Of a DNA stretch of 35,269 nucleotides, positions 1 to 7,814 are shown one piece after another. The stretch's first letter is position 1; each line of letters begins with the position of its first letter. Made by a program: the position numbers and the translations under genes. Origin of the DNA: a virus; the IMG/VR virus record IMGVR_UViG_3300045988_159128. One strand, given 5' to 3'. Under the pieces are notes generated by a model. That model worked only from the letters and a program-made list of their open reading frames with translations. It was not told the origin of the DNA and ran no database searches.

Positions 1-45
1 AGACACTGGGGACAGTCCTTATTTGTCTCACATTTATTATTTTTT

Positions 46-120
<75 letters not shown>

Positions 121-128
121 AATATATG

Positions 129-168
129 AATTTATAGAAATTTATAAAAGTTTATAGAAATCTATAAA
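129..168 (+). repeat. Four 10-bp A/T-rich units (atttatagaa/atttataaaa/gtttatagaa/atctataaaa)
   Basis: Direct reading, exact 10-bp period. Confidence 0.7.
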
Positions 169-220
169 ACAATAAAATCATTGAAATATAGGTATTTTTA
201 GACTTTTTGATTTCTTTACA

Positions 221-260
221 AATTTATAAAAATCTATAAAAATTTATAAAAAGTTTGTAA
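221..260 (+). repeat. Four 10-bp A/T-rich units (aatttataaa/aatctataaa/aatttataaa/aagtttgtaa)
   Basis: Direct reading, exact 10-bp period, near-identical consensus to 129-168. Confidence 0.7.
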
Positions 261-262
261 AA

Positions 263-325
263 TTACATTAAAATTACATTAAAACTGAAAAAATAATTAC
301 ATTAAAAAATTTATTTACATTAAAA
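263..325 (+). promoter_or_regulatory. Integrase arm-type sites, four copies of (a/t)TTACATTAAA
   Basis: Copies at 263-273, 274-284, 297-307 and 315-325; the same motif recurs inverted at 484-505 and directly at 35069-35090. Confidence 0.7.
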
Positions 326-483
326 TTTTAAAGTACAAAAAAGCTAGTATGTTTTAGATACTAGCTTTCATTAATTTACTATATAGAAAAATGCGGGTAG
401 TCGGTAATGACTACACACTTTCATTTGTTTTTTCTGTTGGTACACTTATAATATATCGAATTCAAATCTTTGTCAATATGCCT

Positions 484-505
484 TTTAATGTAATTTTAAT
501 GTAAT
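484..505 (-). promoter_or_regulatory. Integrase arm-type sites, two inverted copies (TTTAATGTAAT x2)
   Basis: 484-494 and 495-505 are reverse complements of ATTACATTAAA. Confidence 0.65.
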
Positions 506-514
506 TTATTTATT

Positions 515-658
515 TTAATTTTTACAAGAAAATCCTTCTTTCACTCCATTCTTATAAATCTTGTATGTATAGTTTTTAAAAAAATGTAGTAATATTCTAT
601 CTTTTAAGGTTAGGTTCTGTTTCAGCTCTTGTAATATAAAATTTCTTTCATTTCTCAT
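515..658 (-). CDS. Small hypothetical protein (MRNERNFILQELKQNLTLKDRILLHFFKNYTYKIYKNGVKEGFSCKN)
   Basis: 47-codon ORF translated by hand. Confidence 0.5.
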   Translation of the reverse strand: MRNERNFILQELKQNLTLKDRILLHFFKNYTYKIYKNGVKEGFSCKN

Positions 659-801
659 TGTATAATACCTCCTATATAATTTTCTTGCCTACATATATTT
701 TACCATATTATGTAATCAAAAATAACTATACGCAAGGTTAGGTATTATCTTCTATTTCTCTTGATATAACTATAATACATAATTCGACATTATTCGACTT
801 T

Positions 802-969
802 TTATTTTATATCTTGTATCAATTTATCCATATAATCACTTACTGGATCTACTTCTTTATCGATTTCTCTTCTTTTAGTCTTAATATATTCAGAAGCCTC
901 AAAATATTCTTCTCTTTCCAAAAAGTTATTTATTTCATTTAAAATATTAAGCACATCCGCATTTTTCAT
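802..969 (-). CDS. Small hypothetical charged protein (MKNADVLNILNEINNFLEREEYFEASEYIKTKRREIDKEVDPVSDYMDKLIQDIK)
   Basis: 55-codon ORF with an upstream purine-rich RBS-like sequence. Confidence 0.5.
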   Translation of the reverse strand: MKNADVLNILNEINNFLEREEYFEASEYIKTKRREIDKEVDPVSDYMDKLIQDIK

Positions 970-1116
970 AATATATCATCTCCTATTTAGTATAAATATA
1001 TTATAACATAAATGTCTATATTGTAATATAGTTATTCGCATTTTAAGTCAATTTGCGGATAGTTATTTTTTTTATTGCTTTCTTATAAAATAGTTATATT
1101 GTAAGGAGGTGATAAC

Positions 1117-1335
1117 ATGATTCAAGTAAATGTTAAAGAATTATTAAAAAAACAAAAAAGAAGTAAATATTGGTTTGTAAAAAATATGGAAGGTGGTTAT
1201 CAAGCTCTCACTAGACTTATGGAAAATCAAACAAGCAGTATTCGCTTTGATACTTTGGAAAAAATGTGTGATCTTTTTGATTGTGAAATTGGTGATATTA
1301 TAGTTAGAAAGAAAGGGAAAAAAAAGCATGAGTAA
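1117..1335 (+). CDS. XRE/Cro-type helix-turn-helix regulator
   Basis: 72 aa; YQALTRLMENQTSSIRFDTLEKMCDLFDCEIGDII resembles YozG-type HTH proteins; RBS aaggaggtg. Confidence 0.75.
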   Translation: MIQVNVKELLKKQKRSKYWFVKNMEGGYQALTRLMENQTSSIRFDTLEKMCDLFDCEIGDIIVRKKGKKKHE

Positions 1336-1711
1336 GCTACTAATTCAATATGAAGAACTAAAGAAAAAAAATTCTAAAAAAATTTATATATTTAAAGTTG
1401 GTATTTTTTATAATATATTAAATGAAGATGCAAGGTTGGTTTCAAAAGAAATCGGCTTAAAATTAACCGATTTGAGCCCTGAACTAATAAAATGTGGATT
1501 TCCTCTTTCTGCCCTTGAGAAATACACAAATTTATTATCAGAACATCATATCGAGTTTGAAGTTGTATCTAATCCTGCATCTTCTCCTCAAAATACTTCT
1601 TATGATAATATTATTAAAGAAATTCAAGGTCTGGACTTAAATAATACTACTTGCAAGGAAGCATTTGATATATTATATAATATACAACAAAAAATAAAAA
1701 ATATTCAATAG
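1328..1711 (+). CDS. Stand-alone MutS domain I-like protein (candidate DGR-associated MSL-type accessory)
   Basis: QYEELKKKNSKKIYIFKVGIFYNILNEDARLVSKEIGLKLTDL...GFPLSALEKYTNLL matches the MutS N-terminal pattern QY..LK...(L/I)(F)F..G.FYE...DA...S..L...LT...GIP..A...Y...L. Confidence 0.65.
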   Translation: MSKLLIQYEELKKKNSKKIYIFKVGIFYNILNEDARLVSKEIGLKLTDLSPELIKCGFPLSALEKYTNLLSEHHIEFEVVSNPASSPQNTSYDNIIKEIQGLDLNNTTCKEAFDILYNIQQKIKNIQ

Positions 1712-1728
1712 AGGAGTTTTCTCCTCTA
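1709..1728 (+). terminator. Hairpin between convergent genes (TAGAGGAG-TTTT-CTCCTCTA)
   Basis: Perfect 8-bp stem, 4-nt loop; weak T tract. Confidence 0.5.
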
Positions 1729-1730
1729 TA

Positions 1731-2717
1731 TTATTTCAATTTTCTATTAACGATTGTTTGTATTGCATTATAATCATATCCTGCTGCTTGAAGTCTTGAT
1801 TTTCTTTCTGTACCATTTCCCCATTTACCTTGTATAACTTCATTTGCAATAACTTCATTTGATTTCTTATTTGATGTTGTAGTTTTTGCACCTAGAATTT
1901 CATTAACTCTATTTTGAATTGCATTTCCATCGTATCCAGCTGCAGCTAATTTATTAAATCTGTCTTGTCCATTACCCCATTTGCCTGCAATAACTTCTTT
2001 TGCGACTTCATCTACGGATTTTAAATTTGGTTTTGAGTTTGTCGAATTACCACTTAGTTTTGCATTTACTATACTTTGAATTGTACTAAAATCATAACCA
2101 GCATTTGTTAAAGCTGTTTTTCTATCTGCACCATTACCCCATTTACCAGCTATTACCTCATTAGCAATTTCTTCATTTGATTTTTTACTTGTGTTTTCTG
2201 TTGTAGAAGATTCTTGTCCATTTATTTTATTTGCTTGTTCTGCAATATAATCCATTTTAGATAATAGATAATCACCAGGACAAGTTGTCGCAGCATACAT
2301 TCTATGCCATACTAAATTTTGACCTTTTACAAGTTTGCCTAAATTATTTCTTTTTGCAATATCTGCAACTAATTCTATAAGTTTATTTAAAACAGCATCA
2401 GAAACAGGATAATCTCCTCCTAATGAACTATTTGATGTTTCAATAGTTACTGATTTACAGTTAGAGTCCCAATTCGAATTGCAATATGATGTATTTGCTT
2501 CATCTACATATAAACCTACTTCTGCATCTTTTCCTATACCATAGTTACTAGAAGCTTTTCTACTTCCATTTTGGAATATTCCACCACATTGTTTTGCAGT
2601 TAATATTCCTGCCATGTGATGAATTGCTATTTTTTCAATTTTTCTTCCGCTTCTTCCAATAGTATAATTGTTAGAATGTGCAGGTACTTTTACATTTACT
2701 AAACTTGAATTACTCAT
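1731..2717 (-). CDS. Endolysin: N-acetylmuramoyl-L-alanine amidase (Amidase_2/PGRP) with three Cpl-7 (CW_7) repeats
   Basis: N-terminal IAIHHMAG...WHRMYAATTCPGD; three C-terminal units of the form SNE(V/E)IANEVI.GKWGNG.DR...L..AGYD...IQ..VN. Confidence 0.9.
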   Translation of the reverse strand: MSNSSLVNVKVPAHSNNYTIGRSGRKIEKIAIHHMAGILTAKQCGGIFQNGSRKASSNYGIGKDAEVGLYVDEANTSYCNSNWDSNCKSVTIETSNSSLGGDYPVSDAVLNKLIELVADIAKRNNLGKLVKGQNLVWHRMYAATTCPGDYLLSKMDYIAEQANKINGQESSTTENTSKKSNEEIANEVIAGKWGNGADRKTALTNAGYDFSTIQSIVNAKLSGNSTNSKPNLKSVDEVAKEVIAGKWGNGQDRFNKLAAAGYDGNAIQNRVNEILGAKTTTSNKKSNEVIANEVIQGKWGNGTERKSRLQAAGYDYNAIQTIVNRKLK

Positions 2718-2886
2718 TATTCTTCCTCTCCTTTCCCATTTGTGAATTCTATTTCCATTTCCTCTGTCATAACTACTTCTTCTTTTTCATCCATAACGAT
2801 GACCTCCTTATAAAAAATAATACTGGAAGTTTTTTTATTTTTCTTCCAGTATTTAAAAATCACAAGAATAAATTTCTTGTATTAAA

Positions 2887-3141
2887 TTATTGATTTTTTG
2901 CATCATAAGCCACAACTGCAGTTCCTACTCCACCTACGGCAGTTATTACTGCTGTTATTACATCATTAACGCCTAAATTTTCTATATGTATTAAGCAACC
3001 TACTATTGATGCAATTGCAATTATGATTATATTTTGAACTGTTATAGGTAAATCATAATTCCATCCAAAGTGTTTTGACACTTTTCCTGCAATATAAGTA
3101 AATAATGTTGTTATAACATATACTAAAAATTGTACTGTCAT
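2887..3141 (-). CDS. Holin
   Basis: 84 aa, hydrophobic segments, immediately upstream of the lysin. Confidence 0.7.
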   Translation of the reverse strand: MTVQFLVYVITTLFTYIAGKVSKHFGWNYDLPITVQNIIIIAIASIVGCLIHIENLGVNDVITAVITAVGGVGTAVVAYDAKNQ

Positions 3142-3157
3142 ATTACTTCCCTCCTTC

Positions 3158-3472
3158 CTATTTTAATCCTAATTTAAAAAGAGCAAATGCTACTATTGCA
3201 TAGAATAAATAATCGATCAACTTATCCCATTTCATCCCTTTTACTTTATCTGTTTTAGTAGATTCCTCTACTATTGCTTTATCATGTTTATCTAGCTTTT
3301 CATTTATGCCTGAAATGTTTTTTTCTACATTTCCCATTCTGTAATCCATCTTTTCCATGATTTTGTATGTGTTTTGTAACTCTTTTATTTGTTCATCATG
3401 TTCATCTATTCTTTTTGTATTGGACTTCGCTCTTTCTTCTAAATGTGCAATTGCAATTTCTGGACTATCCAT
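3158..3472 (-). CDS. XhlA-like haemolysin/holin-accessory membrane protein
   Basis: HLEERAKSNTKRIDEHDEQIKELQ...MEKMDYRMGNVEKNI, C-terminal TM segment; start taken at the internal Met. Confidence 0.6.
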   Translation of the reverse strand: MDSPEIAIAHLEERAKSNTKRIDEHDEQIKELQNTYKIMEKMDYRMGNVEKNISGINEKLDKHDKAIVEESTKTDKVKGMKWDKLIDYLFYAIVAFALFKLGLK

Positions 3473-3517
3473 CGGCTTTCTCCTCTCTTGTAAAATTAAT
3501 AAAAAAAGCAAAAAAAC

Positions 3518-3545
3518 AACGCTTTAAAATCAATTTTAAGGCGTT
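3518..3545 (-). terminator. Intrinsic terminator (AACGCCTTAAAAT / ATTTTAAAGCGTT, then T run)
   Basis: 13-bp stem with one wobble pair, 2-nt apparent loop, T tract on minus strand (GTTTTTTT); U-rich on + side too. Confidence 0.7.
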
Positions 3546-3614
3546 TATTTTTTTACTTAATATACTTTTATTGCCTGAATTCAAGGCATTTATGGACTTT
3601 TGCTCTGAAAGCAA

Positions 3615-3758
3615 TTACTCATAATCTTCTTTAGTTATTTCTTTGTATTCTTCTGCCGTAATCCACTTTCCAACTGCATTATATACTCTTGCTTCATTCC
3701 AAATTCCATTATCATAATAGTTTTTTACCTTTTCAAAATTTTTGCTATGTTCGTTCAT
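3615..3758 (-). CDS. xkdX: XkdX-family protein
   Basis: Hand-translated 47 aa MNEHSKNFEKVKNYYDNGIWNEARVYNAVGKWITAEEYKEITKEDYE. Confidence 0.8.
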   Translation of the reverse strand: MNEHSKNFEKVKNYYDNGIWNEARVYNAVGKWITAEEYKEITKEDYE

Positions 3759-3761
3759 TGA

Positions 3762-4082
3762 CTACACCTCCTCAAGATCAACATCAGTCATCATTGCTAG
3801 ATATTCTATATCTGCTTTTGTTTTTATTTTATCAATTTCATCTGCAGATAATTGTCTTAATACAAAATAATAGCCATCTTCATAATGAACAATTTGTACT
3901 AATTCTACATGTTCAAGTTCTTCAGATGTTTTATCAGTTTCATTTTCAATTGTAATTTTTGATAATTTACCTTTAAAATCATCTTCAGTTATTTTTGTTT
4001 TTGAAATATAATTATTTCCACTCAATTTTAAGTCTTTAAGTTGTGTTCCATCAGATAACGTAATTTTCCATGATTTTTCCAT
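3762..4082 (-). CDS. Hypothetical phage tail-region protein
   Basis: 106 aa ORF in the late operon; overlaps the 3' end of the RT gene. Confidence 0.6.
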   Translation of the reverse strand: MEKSWKITLSDGTQLKDLKLSGNNYISKTKITEDDFKGKLSKITIENETDKTSEELEHVELVQIVHYEDGYYFVLRQLSADEIDKIKTKADIEYLAMMTDVDLEEV

Positions 4083-5146
4083 TTCGGTACCTCCTTAAAT
4101 AAATCATAATATAATTGCGACATATTACTTATTTGTTGCATTGACATTTTTTTATAATTTCCTGCCATCCAACTTTTAAAACTATTTTCTATATCGTTAC
4201 TTTTCATTTTTCCTTTGTCCAATAGTCTTTTGTATGCTTTTAGTTTTCTTCTTTCTCGAGTTACTGTTTTTGTACTTATCTTTTTTATTATTCTTCCTGT
4301 TGGTGTTAGTGAATAATTTATTTGTAATACTTTAAATTGTTGAGATAATTTTACTATTCTTGTTTTCCTATCATTAACTATTAATCCTAGTTTACTTGAT
4401 ATAATTTTTATTTCTTTTAGTAATTGCTTTAAAAATTCTTTATCTTGATGAATGATATAACTATCATCCGTATATCTTCCATAATATTTGCATCCTCTAA
4501 CAATTTTTATATAATTGTCTATTTGTGATGGATACGAAATTCCTATATTTTGAGATGGTTGACTTCCAATATCTACGCCTTTTCCATTTTTATTATCTAT
4601 ATTAAATACATCAAATAGATTTTTTAAAATCCACATAGTAATTTTTGCTTCTTCAGGGTTTACTTTTCTTAAAAAATATTGTAACTTCTTTAAACATAAA
4701 TCATGAGGAATACTTGCATAATATCCGCTAAAATCAATTAACAATATGTATCCCTCATTACTTTTATATTTTCTATAATATTGATGTAAGTGTGTTTCAA
4801 ATCTTTTTCTATGAAAAGCCACACCTCTATTCTTTTGACTTGCACCATTATCATAGATTAAATATGGAGAAATAGCTGGACTTAAAACATTATCGCAAAG
4901 TAAATGATTAATTGTTTTATCAACCATATTATTACTTGTAATATGTCTTATTTTTCCTCGTTCATTTATAGTAAATTTTTTTCCTGCTACTGGTTTATAT
5001 TTCCACTCTTTCAAATCTTTTAAAATTTGTGCTGTTTCTATCAAATGGTTCATTTCGAACAATTGTGATTGATATTTAAAAGGTGCTCCTTGAATTGCCT
5101 TTGTTCCAGCTTCATAAATTTTATTTGCATCATAAAAAATATTCAT
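4028..5146 (-). CDS. Diversity-generating retroelement reverse transcriptase
   Basis: YTDDS catalytic motif, LLIDFSGYYASIPHD, DIGSQPSQNIG (DGR-type SQ motif); adjacent to TR/VR and an Avd-like gene. Start taken at MNIFYDANK. Confidence 0.95.
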   Translation of the reverse strand: MNIFYDANKIYEAGTKAIQGAPFKYQSQLFEMNHLIETAQILKDLKEWKYKPVAGKKFTINERGKIRHITSNNMVDKTINHLLCDNVLSPAISPYLIYDNGASQKNRGVAFHRKRFETHLHQYYRKYKSNEGYILLIDFSGYYASIPHDLCLKKLQYFLRKVNPEEAKITMWILKNLFDVFNIDNKNGKGVDIGSQPSQNIGISYPSQIDNYIKIVRGCKYYGRYTDDSYIIHQDKEFLKQLLKEIKIISSKLGLIVNDRKTRIVKLSQQFKVLQINYSLTPTGRIIKKISTKTVTRERRKLKAYKRLLDKGKMKSNDIENSFKSWMAGNYKKMSMQQISNMSQLYYDLFKEVPKWKNHGKLRYLMEHNLKT

Positions 5147-5295
5147 AAAAATCACTTTAATAGTATTACTGGTCGTAACCAAATACATAATGATTAGTAT
5201 TTATCAATTCTGCTATTGAAGGGATAATCTTTCCTTTCCTTTTCCCATATCCATACGATGGAATCAAGTCCATATAAATAAATTGTATGGGTTGT

Positions 5296-5390
5296 GAAAT
5301 CAGGACGAACACCGTTGACATTCGAAGCGTTGTTGTAACTCGAATTACCATTGTTGCTGACATTCGCGAAATTCGTAGAAGAAACGACAT
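5296..5390 (-). repeat. DGR template repeat (TR), 95 bp
   Basis: Aligns without gaps to 6066-6160; 12 mismatches, all at TR adenines on the coding strand. Confidence 0.96.
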
Positions 5391-5411
5391 ACAAAGATTA
5401 CCCACTAATTA

Positions 5412-5924
5412 TTATTTTTTTATATTTTTTAAAAACCTATTGTCAGTTTGTCGAAGTGATTTTATCATATTAAATTCTTTTTGAATTTCTAGAACCAAAT
5501 TCATATACTTATTCAAATCAGCATATAAACATTCTCCTGCATATTGCAATTCGTCTTGAAGTGCATTACAACAAGCCATAGCTCTGTCCATTTCTATACG
5601 TCTTTCTTCAAACTCTGACATATATGTTGGAAATATTGTATTTGCAATTCTTAAATGCCTACTTATTCCTGTTGCTAATTCTATTACATTGTCTGATACT
5701 CTATTTATTTGATTTCTATAAAATTTATACATATTTTCTTTTATTCTTATTTGTTCCTTTTCATCAAGTCCTTTTATTCTATTGTTTATTTTCTCTTCTA
5801 TTTTTGAAAATGTTATATAAAAATTATTTTCTGCTAAATTTGTTACTGCCATTCTTATCATATATGCATTATGAATTGTTTGCAATTTTGATTCTTTTCT
5901 TTCACTTTTCTTTATCTCTGACAT
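5412..5924 (-). CDS. avd: Avd-like DGR accessory variability determinant (predicted helical bundle)
   Basis: 170 aa all-helical; RMEMDRAMACCNALQDELQYA-like segment, LYADLNKYMNLVLEIQKEFNMIKSLRQTDN; lies between VR and TR. Confidence 0.85.
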   Translation of the reverse strand: MSEIKKSERKESKLQTIHNAYMIRMAVTNLAENNFYITFSKIEEKINNRIKGLDEKEQIRIKENMYKFYRNQINRVSDNVIELATGISRHLRIANTIFPTYMSEFEERRIEMDRAMACCNALQDELQYAGECLYADLNKYMNLVLEIQKEFNMIKSLRQTDNRFLKNIKK

Positions 5925-6023
5925 TGTAAAATAATACTATTTCTCCTTTTCTATTTTTTCAACAGAAATTATATCATTTTTATTTTCTTATTTTAACTAT
6001 CTTGAAAGCTAACTATACTATAT

Positions 6024-6044
6024 GACAGGGCATAAAGCCCTGTC
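6024..6044 (-). promoter_or_regulatory. DGR target-recognition hairpin/cruciform (GACAGGGC-TTTAT-GCCCTGTC)
   Basis: Perfect 8-bp GC-rich inverted repeat, 5-nt loop, 21 bp downstream of the VR, no T tract. Confidence 0.8.
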
Positions 6045-6053
6045 GATGTCTGA

Positions 6054-6914
6054 TTACACGATTAGGAAAGCAGGACGAACACCGCTGACATCCGAAGCGT
6101 TGAGGTAACTCGAATGACCATTGCCGCCGACAGCCGCGAAATCCGTAGAAGAAACGACATCTCTTAACCAGTACCAATATCTATCTCCAGCATCATTTCT
6201 AGCAGCAATCGAATCATGTCTTAACCTGAATAATGATAATTGAGAATTGTCTATTTGATAATTGTTAGGAAATGTAGATCCATTTGTAGCATTTTTGAAT
6301 ATTTGACAACCATAAACCATTATCTCATTCATCAATTCTATATCAGAATCGTACCATGTTCCTCCGGTCTCACATCCATTTGAAACTGCATTTTGTAAAT
6401 GATTTCTATGCTTTAATATGTGACTTGTTTCAAAATCATTTTTTATTACTGTTTTAAATTGTGCTAAATTTGTTTTATACATCGCACTACCAATATAAGC
6501 TCCATCAGTTATATTACTAGCATTCATTTGTGCTGTTCCCATTATTCTTTCCGGTATCATCAAAACATGAGGTTTTGTACATTCTGTATCTCCCATGTGT
6601 AATCTATAATTAATATCGGCTACTAAATATTTTCTACCACTTGTTTTTCCTATGATATAATCTCCAACGAATATATCATCAAATGTTCCTGCTGCAATTT
6701 GTTTACTTAATGTCCCATCATAAAATAAATCAGTAATATCTTTTCCTCTATAAATACTATTATGTGCACCTGCATTTTTTTCTACAAGTGCAGTAAGTAA
6801 TGTGGAAATTTTAACTTTTTTAGTTGTTCCATTTTCCACATCAACAACAGGTAATATATCTGTTGTTTGAAGATTCTTTAATTCTTCAAGTTCTGAAATT
6901 TTTTTAATTCCCAT
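6054..6914 (-). CDS. DGR variable target protein, tail/receptor-binding protein with a C-type-lectin-like C terminus
   Basis: C terminus YWYWLRDVVSSTDFAAVGGNGHSSYLNASDVSGVRPAFLIV contains the VR; sits in the tail module. Confidence 0.92.
   Translation of the reverse strand: MGIKKISELEELKNLQTTDILPVVDVENGTTKKVKISTLLTALVEKNAGAHNSIYRGKDITDLFYDGTLSKQIAAGTFDDIFVGDYIIGKTSGRKYLVADINYRLHMGDTECTKPHVLMIPERIMGTAQMNASNITDGAYIGSAMYKTNLAQFKTVIKNDFETSHILKHRNHLQNAVSNGCETGGTWYDSDIELMNEIMVYGCQIFKNATNGSTFPNNYQIDNSQLSLFRLRHDSIAARNDAGDRYWYWLRDVVSSTDFAAVGGNGHSSYLNASDVSGVRPAFLIV
6066..6160 (-). repeat. DGR variable repeat (VR), 95 bp
   Basis: 12 A-to-N substitutions relative to the TR, no non-A differences. Confidence 0.96.
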
Positions 6915-6938
6915 AATTGTAAAATCCTCCTTATTTTT

Positions 6939-7805
6939 TTACATTCCAACTACTAATCTTGTATTATCCTCTGTTGCAATATAATATCCATCTTCTGTTA
7001 TAATTGGCGAAATTGCATCTTCTAAATTCTCTCTTGTTTCATTTAAAATAGTAGTTAAATTATCTATTTCTAATTGTATTTTTCCTGCTGCATCTTCTGA
7101 CAACTGATTTTTCATCTTTTCAAACCAATTAGTAAACTCCTGTTCTTCAGTATTAAAGAAATTTGCCATAATATTTTTAAATTCTGTAAAATATGTATCG
7201 TGTTCCGCTTCTTGATCTTCATAATATTTCTTATATGCCTCTTGCCATTGTGCATATAATGTTGATGTATCAACTTGATATATTAAACTTGTAACCCAAG
7301 GACATTCACTACTACCTCTACAGTCTTTTATTAAGTCTTGTGTAATTTTTATACAAGATGGACTAATCGTAATATCAGCTAATCTAAATTCAATGATGTT
7401 TTCTTCAGTATTTATTGATGGATGTACTGGGTTGCTTGATGCAGTCCCTTTTCTATATACTATATTTCCTGCTCTTCCTAATTGAGTTTTATCCATTTGA
7501 GCTATAATACTGTCTATTCTAGTTAATACATCAGAATTTTGTGCTGTAGTTATTGTCAAATTGCTTGGATTTTCAAACCACTTATCCCCAATTAGTGCAT
7601 AACCTGCTGAAACTATAATATTCATCCCATTATTTGCAGTAAAAACTTGCAAATAATCGGAAGGTTCACCTTTTGGAGTTGCAAAAACACCATTACTTAT
7701 TAATTTTCTATATGGTCTATTCATATCATCTGCTGAATAAACACGATCATTATTTATCGCATCAAAAAAACCAGCAGTAACTTCAAATTTTACATCGTTT
7801 TCCAT
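6939..7805 (-). CDS. Phage tail/baseplate structural protein (BppU-like position)
   Basis: 288 aa; VTAGFFDAINNDRVYSADDMNRPYRKLISNGVFATP and a coiled-coil C terminus. Confidence 0.65.
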   Translation of the reverse strand: MENDVKFEVTAGFFDAINNDRVYSADDMNRPYRKLISNGVFATPKGEPSDYLQVFTANNGMNIIVSAGYALIGDKWFENPSNLTITTAQNSDVLTRIDSIIAQMDKTQLGRAGNIVYRKGTASSNPVHPSINTEENIIEFRLADITISPSCIKITQDLIKDCRGSSECPWVTSLIYQVDTSTLYAQWQEAYKKYYEDQEAEHDTYFTEFKNIMANFFNTEEQEFTNWFEKMKNQLSEDAAGKIQLEIDNLTTILNETRENLEDAISPIITEDGYYIATEDNTRLVVGM

Positions 7806-7814
7806 TTTTGCCTC

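Noticed and set aside
1-20. AGACACTGGGGACAGTCC at the left edge compared with CAGTCCCCAGACACT at 21386
   Set aside because: Only the CCCCAG core and a few bases match after reverse complementing; likely coincidence or a host intergenic repeat.
1144-1329. Minus-strand ORF 1144..1329 and similar antisense ORFs (3367..3624, 3689..3955, 5624..5929, 17235..17480, 34218..34697)
   Set aside because: Overlap well-supported genes on the opposite strand with compositionally biased Phe/Ser/Leu-rich translations.
5166-5405. ORFs 5166..5405 and 5194..5394 as proteins
   Set aside because: They translate the DGR template repeat and its flank; the TR is a non-coding RNA template.
6054-6914. A second VR elsewhere in the tail genes
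   Set aside because: No other stretch resembling the CGTAGAAGAAACGACAT or CAGGACGAACACCG anchors was found by eye.
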